Source: a bacterium
GTDB taxonomy: Bacteria > Patescibacteriota > Minisyncoccia > Phycocordibacterales > UBA5272
NCBI GenBank assembly: GCA_023267635.1
Contig: JAHFMX010000001.1
Location: 149,165-194,963, forward strand
Length of the DNA: 45,799 bases
Reading direction: 5' to 3'
The notes beneath the pieces were generated by a model that worked only from the letters and a program-made list of their open reading frames with translations, made no database searches and was not told where the DNA came from. Made by a program: the position numbers and the translations under genes. The number at the start of each line of letters is the position of its first letter. Position 1 is the stretch's first letter. This document shows, one piece after another, positions 1-10,362 of the stretch.

Positions 1-1
1 A

Positions 2-289
2 GTCGCTGATCTTTCGTTTATTCCACTTACTCATGTGTTTACTGATGCTATTACATTTGGGGCACAGGGGGCACTTTATTTTTTCCTTATTAAACCTCAG
101 TTTGAAGTAGGAAGGGGTAATACAAAAAAGGGAATCGTGAAAGATGAAACTTTAGTGCAAGAATTACTTGCAAAGTATGCAACGTTAGCAGAGGAGAGTG
201 GTCTTGTGGACATTGCTGTGTACCCTTGTGTAATTCAGGGCGGGGACGGAAATCAGGAATATTTTTTATATGGAAAAAAGAAGATGTAA
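2..289 (+). CDS. tlyA: TlyA-family rRNA methyltransferase/hemolysin A, C-terminal part (5' truncated by window edge)
   Basis: Frame is open from base 2 (VADLSFIPL...FLIKPQFEVGR...GNQEY), matching the TlyA motifs D-x-SFIS, LIKPQFE and GNxEY. Confidence 0.85.
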   Translation, partial: VADLSFIPLTHVFTDAITFGAQGALYFFLIKPQFEVGRGNTKKGIVKDETLVQELLAKYATLAEESGLVDIAVYPCVIQGGDGNQEYFLYGKKKM

Positions 290-303
290 TAAAATCAGAC
301 AGA

Positions 304-344
304 CAAAAGAAAAACCAGCATCTCTGATGCTGGTTTTTCTTTTG
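304..344. terminator. Bidirectional intrinsic terminator
   Basis: 19-bp perfect inverted repeat (304-322/326-344), A-tract and T-tract ends, between convergent genes. Confidence 0.85.
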
Positions 345-361
345 CTTATTCTAATCTTAGA

Positions 362-643
362 TTAGAATGCGCGACGTGGACGATCTTCGCGAGGAGCGAG
401 AGGACGTGCTACGTTCACCGTTAGACGGCGACCCTGGAATTCCTGGTCATGGAACATAGCAATAGCCTTTTCAGCTTCTGCATCAGATGACATTTCAACG
501 AAGCCGAAGCCCTTTGAACGGTTAGTCATCTTATCAATAATGATCTGGGCTGAAGTCACAGTTCCAGCTGGGCTGAAGTGTGCCTTAAGATCCTCGTTTG
601 TAGAAGTGTAAGGTATTCCACCTACGTAAAGTTTTGAATTCAT
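362..643 (-). CDS. RRM (RNP-1-like) RNA-binding protein
   Basis: KLYVGGI (RNP2) and RSKGFGFVEM (RNP1) motifs; start placed at MNSKLY (643). Confidence 0.95.
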   Translation of the reverse strand: MNSKLYVGGIPYTSTNEDLKAHFSPAGTVTSAQIIIDKMTNRSKGFGFVEMSSDAEAEKAIAMFHDQEFQGRRLTVNVARPLAPREDRPRRAF

Positions 644-818
644 TCTGTTTGAAACTAATTTTGTTAACAATAAGCCCTAGCGCACAGTAGTACAAGTGTA
701 GAAACAGTGTAAAACGTGAGAGTTGCCTATTAGGTAATAGTATACCACAAAGGGGAAACTTTGTACACAGCTCTGTATACACAGCTTCTAATGTAAGGTA
801 ATTACGCAACCCTTTAAA

Positions 819-2294
819 TTAAAGCTTTCCTAGGTCGAGTGTTTGAGTCACTCCTACTTCTTTTACGAATTCGTGGACGTGGGAAACAATAATCATTGGG
901 CCTTGGTACGCCTTGAGTGCTTCGGCAATGGCAGGGAGGTGGCGGAAGTTGATGTGGTTTGTTGGTTCATCAAGGATGAGTAACCCTGGCTGAAGTAGGC
1001 GTAGGTATGCAAACATAAGGAGACCTTTTTGACCTTCAGAAAGGAGTCCAATTTTTGTTGCGAGCTGTTCAGCTCCAAGAAGCATACTTGCAGCCACTCG
1101 ACGGAGAAGTTGATCATCTAATCGTTTCAAGACTTTTGCCAATTCCTGGTACGCACTCTTTTCAAAGTCCAGTGTTGAGAAGTCTTGTCGATAATATCCT
1201 ACAGTAATACCATCTTGAATTGTCACACCTTTCTCCTTTCTATTAGCCATTTTTTCTAGAAGGGTAGTTTTTCCAATTCCATTTGGTCCGATGATATGAA
1301 GCTTATCTCCTTTGCGAAGTTCGATGCTTACATTTCGCTTTACTGGTTTTCCATCATGAAGTACTTCTACTGAATCAAACGTTACAATAACACTTCCAAT
1401 ATCTTCCTGGCATGGAATAGTAAAGGGTTTGATGGTCTTATCTTCCTTACGTACATCCACCTTACTATCTTCAAGTTCTTCTACTTCATCACGTAGTTTT
1501 GCGGCAAGTTTACGCATCTTTCCTCCTTTAAGAGCGAAGAAGTTTACCTTATCCTTGTTGTTTTGAATCTCTTTTTCAAGTTGGGAATTGGCACGTTCTG
1601 CACGCTCTACGGCGCGCTTAATCTCCTCTACTACCTTAAAGTAGTTACCAACATATTGTTCAACTTGGTATGTTTGTGTATTGATATAAATAACTCCATG
1701 CGTGAAAGAGTTAAGGAAGTCTGCATCATGGGAAATAACAATCACTGTCCCAGGGTATGACTTCATAAAGTTTGTAAGGAGCTCGATACCTGCCTTATCA
1801 AGGTTGTTTGTTGGTTCATCAAGAAGCAAGATATCAGGTTCTTGAATGAGGGCTTGAGCGATGAGAAGACGGCCTTTTTGTCCACCAGAGAGATCCTTGA
1901 TAGTTTTGTCCAAGGGTACGTTTAGTTGAACAGTTTCAAACACTCCTTTCGCGCGCTTATCAATATCATAGATTTTTTCATCAAACCCAAGCTCTAGAAA
2001 GTCGCGAACTGTGATGCCCCACTGTGTGTGTGGGATGAACTGCTTTGCAATTGCAATACGCAAATCATTTCCTATGACAATGCGACCTTCCTCAGGCTTA
2101 GAATCTCCTGTAATAAGAGAAAAGAGGGTAGACTTACCCGCTCCGTTTGGTCCCATAAGCGTGAGTTTAGTTCCTTTACGTACCACGAAATTTGCCTCTT
2201 GGAGAACAGGCTTGTTTTCACTGTAGTGAAAACTGACATCCTCAAAACGGAGTACAGCTTCACCACCGACAGGAATTTGTTTTTCTACAGCCAT
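819..2294 (-). CDS. ABC-F family ATP-binding protein (two ABC domains, no TM)
   Basis: Two Walker A motifs (GPNGAGKS, GPNGIGKT), LSGGQ/LSEGQ signatures, LDEPTN twice, coiled-coil linker. Confidence 0.93.
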   Translation of the reverse strand: MAVEKQIPVGGEAVLRFEDVSFHYSENKPVLQEANFVVRKGTKLTLMGPNGAGKSTLFSLITGDSKPEEGRIVIGNDLRIAIAKQFIPHTQWGITVRDFLELGFDEKIYDIDKRAKGVFETVQLNVPLDKTIKDLSGGQKGRLLIAQALIQEPDILLLDEPTNNLDKAGIELLTNFMKSYPGTVIVISHDADFLNSFTHGVIYINTQTYQVEQYVGNYFKVVEEIKRAVERAERANSQLEKEIQNNKDKVNFFALKGGKMRKLAAKLRDEVEELEDSKVDVRKEDKTIKPFTIPCQEDIGSVIVTFDSVEVLHDGKPVKRNVSIELRKGDKLHIIGPNGIGKTTLLEKMANRKEKGVTIQDGITVGYYRQDFSTLDFEKSAYQELAKVLKRLDDQLLRRVAASMLLGAEQLATKIGLLSEGQKGLLMFAYLRLLQPGLLILDEPTNHINFRHLPAIAEALKAYQGPMIIVSHVHEFVKEVGVTQTLDLGKL

Positions 2295-2928
2295 AATGCG
2301 TTAGGTAGTGAGGGTAGTGTACTTAAATGTAAAATACATGTACCAAAATAAAGTGCCCCTTCGGGCGATGAATATATAATAACACATTTTAAAGGGTACG
2401 TCACGCATACGGAAGGGAATAACAGGCAGTTTAGGGTCTTGTTCTTAAAGAAGTTACTAAGCTTTAGTTAGTTAAGGTGCTGGTAGCTCTAGAAAGTACT
2501 TTAGCTGACTTAATTTTAAGTGTTACTGTATCTATACTAGTTTCATTATTTTAATTGTTAGGTAATACAAATAGTTTAATCTATCTAAATTTGGACAATA
2601 TTTTATCATTTTTACTCTTTCTGATCCTAGCAAGAATATCTGTTTATGTACTTAGAAAGAGCTTATTGTATCCATATAACACAAAGGATAGTGGGAGGGT
2701 TTAGGTGTGTCGACAGTTGAGATTATTTTGAGTAAAATATTCTGTTTCTATTTTTCTAGCTGAGTATTTTTAAAAGAAAAGCTATCCACATATTTTATAT
2801 AAAATATGAATTTATTTTATAGTGTAAGGGTATAATTAAGGTATAAAAATAAGCGTTGTTTGGTTTACATTGCAGCAATGACACTTGCCTCACGTTAATC
2901 AAAAAGACACTTTTCTACACCTTATCCC

Positions 2929-5900
2929 ATGGATCCAATAGTCACACAAAAACTTGATGAGTTGATTGCCAACAAGAAAACGGTAACAGTGATTGCTGAT
3001 GAGTTACAGGTATCTCGACAAACGGTCTATAAGTGGCTTAGTAAGTACAAGAGAGATAATACTGAATTTGCTAAAGCCTTGAGAGAAAGAAGTACTCTTT
3101 CTGCTCATAATAAAATTCCGTCCCAGATAGAAAGTGTTGTTATTTCTATTGCTGAAAAAAACCCAGAAGACAGTGTTTCAGCTTTAACAGCCAAGCTTAA
3201 GAATAACTATAAAATTGTTCTTAACTCCGCAACTGTCTTTAGAATTCTTAAACGTAATAATATCCGTTACCAAGGAGTTTCTATCCCCAAAGAACAATTA
3301 GTAGAGATTTCTCAAGAAATTGTTCCCGTTGTAGAAACTTCTGTGCCCACACCACAAGTAGCTTCATTCACTCCGCCTGTTCAAACGATACCGCTACCCG
3401 TTCTCTTTTCTGAACCTTTTCTAGTACATAAAGGTAAAGATGTGAATACTCGTATGTTTGAGGGTTTGTATAAGTTAACGGCGACTGCACTCGCTGCGGT
3501 TACTTGTGTCTTAACTGTTACGTATGGAGCTACTCGTTTTGAATCAGGTGCTATTGCTTTAAAACAAACTATTCCCTATAACGAACTCAGCTCTCCTGCT
3601 TTTACATCCTACGCAAATATCCTACCAATCAGAGAGGTGGTTGAGTTAATTGGAATAGAAAACCGCACCGCACCAGCTACTCCTACGTTTACTTTTATTG
3701 CAGATTCTCCTCGTTTTAAGAAATCAATTAGTATTTTTTCACCTAGAACTTTTTCTCTTTCAAAACTTGGCACTGCAACAAATTCTTTTGTAAAAAATGG
3801 CCCACGCCTTAGTGTGCTTTCATCCGTTCCTCTCACTAACTATACAAACTATCTATTCGGTGGAGACGTTGCTCGAGCTGAAAATCAAGCTTCGAGCACC
3901 TTTTCTCTTGCTTCGAACTTCTCGTTGCTTGATCGTTTTTCACTCGCTCTTTTTTGCGGAGTTACATCGTTTTCTGGTGAAGTTAAACAGGAAAGATGTA
4001 ATTACAGCAAACTTGCTTCATTAACAGAAACATCAACAGAAGTCGCTCCTATTCCAGGCGATAGTGTTGTGGTTGATGGTGGTGCAGAAGATCAACAGGG
4101 CAGTGCTGAAGATGCAACCCCATCTCTCCCTCCCTCCTCCCCAATCTACCTCACCCGCTACATCACTCAATACATCGGTGTCCCAGGTCCAGCAGGTAAA
4201 GATGGAGCAGATGGTAAAGACGGAGTAAACGGTATCACGTCATCTGCACCAGAAGGCTATGGTTCCTACCTCATTCCTTCGTACTCTTCTCCAGCAACAT
4301 CAATTGGAGTTTCTACCATCTCATACCTTCGTCAAACAACCATTGAACTTCCTGTCATTACAGGAGGTACTGCTACTACGCTTTCTCTCATTACTCCAAC
4401 GGTACAAGGTGGAGTATTCAGTGGACACTCACTCTTTAATGACTCTGCATCATTCACTGGTTCAGTAACCATCAACAACCTTACCGCTACGTCTTCTACT
4501 GTCACTAACCTTACCGCTACTAACGCCACCACCACCAACGCTTACATTGATTTCCTCACCGTAGGGTCTTCTACTGCAGGAAGTCTTACACTAAGTGGCA
4601 CCCTTAACGTAGCAGGAACAACAACACTCGCCACCACTACCGCATCTTCTTTCACCACAACGTACGCAACCACGACAAACCTCTTTACTCAGAATCTTTC
4701 TGTGGGTAATGCTTCAACAACAGGGAATCAATCAATTGATGGACAGTTCAACGTATCAGGAACATCAACCCTTGGAGCAAAGGTCTTCCTTAACGGAAGT
4801 GTGGTAGTTGGTACTTCAAGTGACGAACTGTTCACGGTAAACGCACTTGTTAACTCAAACATTACTCCATCTCAGAACATTACCTATGACCTCGGTTCTC
4901 CATCCTTCTACTGGAGAAACCTCTACGCTAACAACATCAACGTAAACAGTATCTCTGCTGCCTCAACCACCATCTCTGGAACATCTAACAATGACTTCAT
5001 TGTGAACTCAGACAATGGTTCCTCTGATGCTGAAGATGCTTCCTTTGTGTTCTTCCGTGGACTCTCTACACCAAATGCATTGTTACGTTGGAACTCTGCA
5101 ACCAAGCGTATTGAATCCAACATGAGTTTCAAAGTACAAAACGAAACACCAACCACAGGAACAACAACACTCACCGTACAAGCAGGCGCAGGACAGGGAT
5201 CAACGAATCTCTTTGAACTCATTAATTACGCTGGAACCAAACTTTCCGCATTTACCTCACAAGGATGGCTAGGTATTGGAACTACCACACCCTCTACATC
5301 TCTTCACCTTACAACTAACGATGGACTCATCATTCCAGCAGGTACAACAGCACAGCGTCCAAGCACAACTCTCCCAGGTGTTATCAGATACAACACTACT
5401 AACACTGGCTTTGAAGGATTCAATGGTTCTACCTGGGGATCTCTTGGTGGAGTAAGTGATGCAGATCAAAATACCTACATCTCAGCTGAAAACTCAGCTG
5501 GATCAAACAATGATGAACTTAAGTTCTATACCGCAGGCACACTACGAGGCATCTTCTCCTCAACAGGGAACTTTGGGATTGGAACGAGTACGCCAGGGTC
5601 TATGCTTACTGTTGTCGGAACAACATCACTTGCAACGACAACGATTACGGGGACGCTTACGGTGAATGGTAATACCAACATCACTCAAGGAGGAACCCTT
5701 ACCGTTGGAGACAAAGTGATTGCTCCAGGAGAAATTGGTGCAGGAACATCTAGTCCATCAGGAAAAATTGCTATACAAAGTACATTAGCTAACCAGGTTG
5801 CATTTTTGATATACGGTACATCAACTCAGATAGCTCCACTTATTGATGTTTTTGATTACCCAGGATCAAACCAAAATATATTTCGTTTAAGTGCAACAGG

Positions 5901-8769
5901 AACTTTGTCTGCAATTGGTGGTTCATTTGGGAGTCTTGCTATTACTGGACAAACGAATCTTGGTACCGCTTCTTCTACTGGACTTACTGCAACAAATGTA
6001 TATGGTACAAACAGTACGATTACCAACGCAACTTCTAGTTCGTTCTTCTCAACTCTTATAAGCGCTGTAACCGCAGCGTTTACAAATCTTTCAACTACAG
6101 GAACAACAACACTGGCAACTACTGGGGGGAACGTGGGGATTGGAACTACAACACCAACATCTAAGCTGGACCTCTGGGGCAATCTCGCGGTAGGAACTTC
6201 TTCTACTCCCACGCTGTTTGTGAATACTGCATTAGGAAATGTTGGAATTGGAACTTCAATCGGAACATCAACCTTGTTTGTCCAGGGAGCTGGAACGATG
6301 AACCCATTCACTGTTGCATCGTCTTCAGGAACATCACTCTTTTCTGTTCTCGCCAATGGAAATGTAGGAGTGGGGACATCAAGTCCAACACATACGTTAG
6401 ATGTAAACGGAATAGTTAATGCAACTAATTTTTATAAAAATGGAGTTCCATTTATTGCAGGTAGTCCAGCAAATACTATTTCATCATTTAATCAGTCTAC
6501 CTGTCCCGCAGGATGGATTCTTGCAGACGGAACAAGTGGAACTCCTGATTTACGAGGTGTGTATGTGAGAGGTGCAGGAACAAGTGGTTCGTATACCATG
6601 GCAAATGGTAGTCCATACACTTCAACATACGGAACATTCCAGAATGATGCTTTCCAAGGGCATGCCTACCAACCATCTCTATATGCTCAGCATTTGGATA
6701 ATGGAGACGGAGCGGGGTATGCGCTTATAAACGTAGCAAACTTTGCTCTAACGGTGGCCGTTCCTTCGGGTGCAGCTATAAGTGATGGAGTAAACGGTGC
6801 ACCACGTATTTCTACTGAAACTCGTCCAGGTTCATATTCTCTTATCTATTGTATGAAGACTACAGAAGATGCGAACACAACGAGTACTATTTGGGGAAGC
6901 TCTGGAAATAATGTTTTCTTACAAGATACTTCAAAAAATCTTGGAATTGGAACAACGAGCCCAACTTCAGTGTTTACTGTTGCCTCTTCCACCGCAACAA
7001 GTACAGCTAGTATCTTTTCAGTGGCTAGTACAACAACACTCTTTAATGTATTAGCTAATGGAAATGTGGGAATTGGCGCTAGTCCACTTAATTTTAAGCT
7101 TCAAGTAAACGGTTCAGTAAAATTAGGAGGCCTTATAACTATTGGTCGATCTGGTGGTAATTATGATAGTGTTGGTTATAACTTTAGAACAACTGGGACA
7201 TCAGATTCTTATCTGTATGATGTTGAAGATTTTTCTTCTCGGTTAGAGTTTTTTCAAGGAGGATTTTATTTTAAATCGTCAGGTTCAGGTACCGCTGGGA
7301 ACGCAATTAGTTATACAAATACATTTATCGTAGAGCAAACAGGTAACGCAACCCTCGCAGGAACTCTCACTCAAAACTCCGACCAGCGCCTCAAAACAAA
7401 TATTACGTCTCTCCCTTCTTCCTATGGTCTTGATTCTATACTTAAGCTCAATCCAGTCACCTACATATGGAAAGATACTAATCGCGGAACAAGCACTCAG
7501 ATAGGTTTTCTAGCTCAACAAGTGCAGTCATTCTTCCCAGAACTTGTAACACGCTCTTCTGCTACTACAACAGATACACCAGATGGAACACTTGGTCTTA
7601 ATTATATTGATCTTATTGCACCCGCAATTAAAGCAATCCAAGACCTCAATTCTGTCTTTAACGCAACTAATGCCCTTAACGCTTCATCAACCATCTTCTC
7701 CTACTATCAGGGAACAACGACACCAGCAATCACCGTAGGAGCAACTGGAGTACTAGGTATTGGTAACAATGGTATCTCACTAGGCGGTGAATTGTTACGT
7801 GTATCAGGCACTGTGCGTGCGACAGGGTTTGATATCGACAATGCTTCTGATATTGCCGAAACATTTCCAGCAGCAGAAGCGGTGGACGCGGGAACGATTG
7901 TCGCATTTGCAACAAGCACCTATGCATGGTCACCAACGGCAACATCAACTGACACATACGACATGTCTGGTGTTCGCAAAGCACAGAGTGATTATGAAGC
8001 AATTGGTATTATTTCTACACAACCTGGAATACGTTTAGGTGGAACAACAGCAAACGGTGTGCCTGTCGCGTTTACTGGCCGAGTTCCAGTTAAAGTTACT
8101 AAGGAAAACGGAGAGATAAAACGAGGAGACTACATTACTGTATCAAAGACACGTGCTGGGTATGGAATGAAATTAACAGGAGAAGGTAAGGCTGTAGGTG
8201 TTGCTCTCTCAGACGATACAGGGCGAGATACTGTTCTTGTGCTTCTTCAAGTAGGGAATCATAAGTTAGATATGCAAGGACGTAATGCCACTACAACAGC
8301 ATTTCTCACAACAGGAAACCTGGACCTTAACGCAAATGGAGTTGCGATCACCAATATTAAATCTTTAGCCTCTGCAAACGGTACATGGTCAATTGATGAA
8401 AACGGAAAGATTGTAGCGAAGATGTTGTGTTTGGATGAGGTGTGTATCGATAAGAGTGTGCTCAGCACTATCCTCAATTCATTCGGTCAAAGTGGTGCTG
8501 TTGCAGGAACCACCACTTCGGTAGATGTTGCAACAACTACACCAACTGAGACTGGTACCACTACTCCAGATGTGCTTTCAACTGCGTCAACAACTCCATC
8601 AACTACAGCCACAACAACAGAACCAGTAGTAACGCCTACTCCTACAGAACCCGCACCCACACCTGAGCCAGTTCCTACATCTGAACCAACTCCAGAATCA
8701 ACCCCAACCCCTGAACCAACTCCAGAACCAATGTCTACTCCTGTAGAACCTACTCCAATAACACCCTAG
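2929..8769 (+). CDS. Giant (1946 aa) surface/tail-fibre-like protein: N-terminal HTH, TM segment, GNVGIGT repeats, tail-collar-like module, S74-type chaperone, G2-type chaperone, Pro/Thr tail
   Basis: IADELQVSRQTVYKWL HTH; hydrophobic segment near aa 180-200; repeated GNVGIGTxxP; CPAGWILADGTSGTPDLRG; NSDQRLK...IGFLAQQV...LNY; SDIAETF...GRVPVKV; (PE/PT)n tail. Confidence 0.85.
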   Translation: MDPIVTQKLDELIANKKTVTVIADELQVSRQTVYKWLSKYKRDNTEFAKALRERSTLSAHNKIPSQIESVVISIAEKNPEDSVSALTAKLKNNYKIVLNSATVFRILKRNNIRYQGVSIPKEQLVEISQEIVPVVETSVPTPQVASFTPPVQTIPLPVLFSEPFLVHKGKDVNTRMFEGLYKLTATALAAVTCVLTVTYGATRFESGAIALKQTIPYNELSSPAFTSYANILPIREVVELIGIENRTAPATPTFTFIADSPRFKKSISIFSPRTFSLSKLGTATNSFVKNGPRLSVLSSVPLTNYTNYLFGGDVARAENQASSTFSLASNFSLLDRFSLALFCGVTSFSGEVKQERCNYSKLASLTETSTEVAPIPGDSVVVDGGAEDQQGSAEDATPSLPPSSPIYLTRYITQYIGVPGPAGKDGADGKDGVNGITSSAPEGYGSYLIPSYSSPATSIGVSTISYLRQTTIELPVITGGTATTLSLITPTVQGGVFSGHSLFNDSASFTGSVTINNLTATSSTVTNLTATNATTTNAYIDFLTVGSSTAGSLTLSGTLNVAGTTTLATTTASSFTTTYATTTNLFTQNLSVGNASTTGNQSIDGQFNVSGTSTLGAKVFLNGSVVVGTSSDELFTVNALVNSNITPSQNITYDLGSPSFYWRNLYANNINVNSISAASTTISGTSNNDFIVNSDNGSSDAEDASFVFFRGLSTPNALLRWNSATKRIESNMSFKVQNETPTTGTTTLTVQAGAGQGSTNLFELINYAGTKLSAFTSQGWLGIGTTTPSTSLHLTTNDGLIIPAGTTAQRPSTTLPGVIRYNTTNTGFEGFNGSTWGSLGGVSDADQNTYISAENSAGSNNDELKFYTAGTLRGIFSSTGNFGIGTSTPGSMLTVVGTTSLATTTITGTLTVNGNTNITQGGTLTVGDKVIAPGEIGAGTSSPSGKIAIQSTLANQVAFLIYGTSTQIAPLIDVFDYPGSNQNIFRLSATGTLSAIGGSFGSLAITGQTNLGTASSTGLTATNVYGTNSTITNATSSSFFSTLISAVTAAFTNLSTTGTTTLATTGGNVGIGTTTPTSKLDLWGNLAVGTSSTPTLFVNTALGNVGIGTSIGTSTLFVQGAGTMNPFTVASSSGTSLFSVLANGNVGVGTSSPTHTLDVNGIVNATNFYKNGVPFIAGSPANTISSFNQSTCPAGWILADGTSGTPDLRGVYVRGAGTSGSYTMANGSPYTSTYGTFQNDAFQGHAYQPSLYAQHLDNGDGAGYALINVANFALTVAVPSGAAISDGVNGAPRISTETRPGSYSLIYCMKTTEDANTTSTIWGSSGNNVFLQDTSKNLGIGTTSPTSVFTVASSTATSTASIFSVASTTTLFNVLANGNVGIGASPLNFKLQVNGSVKLGGLITIGRSGGNYDSVGYNFRTTGTSDSYLYDVEDFSSRLEFFQGGFYFKSSGSGTAGNAISYTNTFIVEQTGNATLAGTLTQNSDQRLKTNITSLPSSYGLDSILKLNPVTYIWKDTNRGTSTQIGFLAQQVQSFFPELVTRSSATTTDTPDGTLGLNYIDLIAPAIKAIQDLNSVFNATNALNASSTIFSYYQGTTTPAITVGATGVLGIGNNGISLGGELLRVSGTVRATGFDIDNASDIAETFPAAEAVDAGTIVAFATSTYAWSPTATSTDTYDMSGVRKAQSDYEAIGIISTQPGIRLGGTTANGVPVAFTGRVPVKVTKENGEIKRGDYITVSKTRAGYGMKLTGEGKAVGVALSDDTGRDTVLVLLQVGNHKLDMQGRNATTTAFLTTGNLDLNANGVAITNIKSLASANGTWSIDENGKIVAKMLCLDEVCIDKSVLSTILNSFGQSGAVAGTTTSVDVATTTPTETGTTTPDVLSTASTTPSTTATTTEPVVTPTPTEPAPTPEPVPTSEPTPESTPTPEPTPEPMSTPVEPTPITP

Positions 8770-8864
8770 TTATTAATGTATAGTAGCCTCACCGTCTCAA
8801 TTGAGACACCAGTAGAAACATCTCAGACTCTTATTGAGTGGGTCTATGTTAGAATGATACGCAT

Positions 8865-9716
8865 ATGGAATCACTGAAAGATATTGTTGTTTTGTACCAC
8901 GGACATTGCTTCGACGGCTTTGGTGCAGCATATGCAGCATGGAAAAAGTTTGGGAATAATGCAACGTATCTCCCGGCTTTGGAGAGGAACGTATATCCAA
9001 ACGGAATAGAAAACAAAGAAGTGTATGTTCTTGATTTTTGTTTCAGTGAAGAGGTTACAAAAGAATTGGTAGCAAAAAATAAAAAGTTTACCATCCTCGA
9101 TCACCACGTAAGTTCCCAAGCAACAGTGGAAAGTGTGTCTGGTAGTGTTTTCTCGGAAACAGATTCAGGAGCAAAAATAGCTTGGAAGTATTTTCATCCA
9201 GAAGTAAAAGTTCCTGCGCTGATTGAATATCTTTCTGATGGGGATACATGGGCGCACGCTTTACCAACATGGAGAGAGGTGGAAGGGTACATACACATTC
9301 ACGAGCTTGAGTTTTCAGTGTTTGAACAGCTTGAAGAAGAACTGGAAAACCGAATGGAGTCAGTGATTGAAAAAGGTAAAGTTCTCAACAAGCAATTTAA
9401 TAATCTCGTGAACGAACACATGGAGAAGGCAATGCTTGTGGAATTTGAAGGGTACCAGGTCTATGCTGTAAACGCATCATCGTTTTTACGTAGTGAGCTT
9501 GGACACAGGTTAGCTCTTAAACAGAGACCATTCTCTATCGTTTACCGTTTCGAGAAAGATGTTCTCCGTATTTCGCTTCGCGGAGATGGTAGTATCGATT
9601 GCACAAAACTTGCTGAAAAATATGGAGGTGGGGGTCACCACGAAGCTGCTGCTATTGTTATGAAAGGAAAGAATCCACTCCCTTTTACAATGGTTGAGAG
9701 TTCGTTAGAAAATTAG
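8865..9716 (+). CDS. DHH/DHHA1 family phosphoesterase (nanoRNase-like)
   Basis: YHGHCFDG, LDF, LDHH and GGGHxxAA motifs. Confidence 0.9.
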   Translation: MESLKDIVVLYHGHCFDGFGAAYAAWKKFGNNATYLPALERNVYPNGIENKEVYVLDFCFSEEVTKELVAKNKKFTILDHHVSSQATVESVSGSVFSETDSGAKIAWKYFHPEVKVPALIEYLSDGDTWAHALPTWREVEGYIHIHELEFSVFEQLEEELENRMESVIEKGKVLNKQFNNLVNEHMEKAMLVEFEGYQVYAVNASSFLRSELGHRLALKQRPFSIVYRFEKDVLRISLRGDGSIDCTKLAEKYGGGGHHEAAAIVMKGKNPLPFTMVESSLEN

Positions 9717-9761
9717 AAATTAAAATATACATTTCGCAAAGCGGCTGGTATACTTTTTACT

Positions 9762-10235
9762 ATGTATCAAACACTTGTATTAGGTCTAGGAGTTCTTCTT
9801 CTCATTGGAGTCGGTTATTTTATTGGTCACACTGACCAAGCGGGCATTATTACGTCTGTTGTTTCTGTACCTGTGAGTACGAGTACCGCACAAAGTACAC
9901 CGACCAATATAGCTGGTACCTATGTCTGCGACATTGATTCAAAATGTAGTGATCCACGAATTCTTATACTTGAAGAGGACGGTGAACTTCGTATGACAAC
10001 ATCATATGCAAGTGGAGTTGAAATTCTTGAAGAAGTTGGAACTTGGTTATTTGAAGCAAAAGGGGATATCGTAATACTTCTTACAGGCACCAATACAGAG
10101 GTGTATGCAACCCCAGAGAGGCTTTCTCTGCGAAGAGTAAGTGATGTAACTCTCACTGGGCTTCCTAGTGCTAATCCTGAATACAAGGGGTGGGGAACTT
10201 CTCTGTTTAGAAAAGAACTGAAAGAAGCTGAATAA
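9762..10235 (+). CDS. Membrane-anchored exported protein, possibly NlpE-N-like beta domain
   Basis: N-terminal TM, Ser/Thr linker, GTYVC...C...L.L.EDG...GTW pattern; the family call is tentative. Confidence 0.6.
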   Translation: MYQTLVLGLGVLLLIGVGYFIGHTDQAGIITSVVSVPVSTSTAQSTPTNIAGTYVCDIDSKCSDPRILILEEDGELRMTTSYASGVEILEEVGTWLFEAKGDIVILLTGTNTEVYATPERLSLRRVSDVTLTGLPSANPEYKGWGTSLFRKELKEAE

Positions 10236-10362
10236 TAGTATATTTAGTAAGGGTTTTTACTAAAAACTTATCCACTGGCGGACATGTGTGTAGTCGCTAC
10301 ACTTAAGGAGTAGGGTATCGTTTCCTCTAGGTTAAGATATCTGATTATTTAATATATTATAT

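Noticed and set aside
2295-2928. AT-rich intergenic region with DnaA-like boxes (CTATCCACA near 2783) as oriC
   Set aside because: Only one or two imperfect boxes, no cluster or clear DUE, and no dnaA/dnaN nearby
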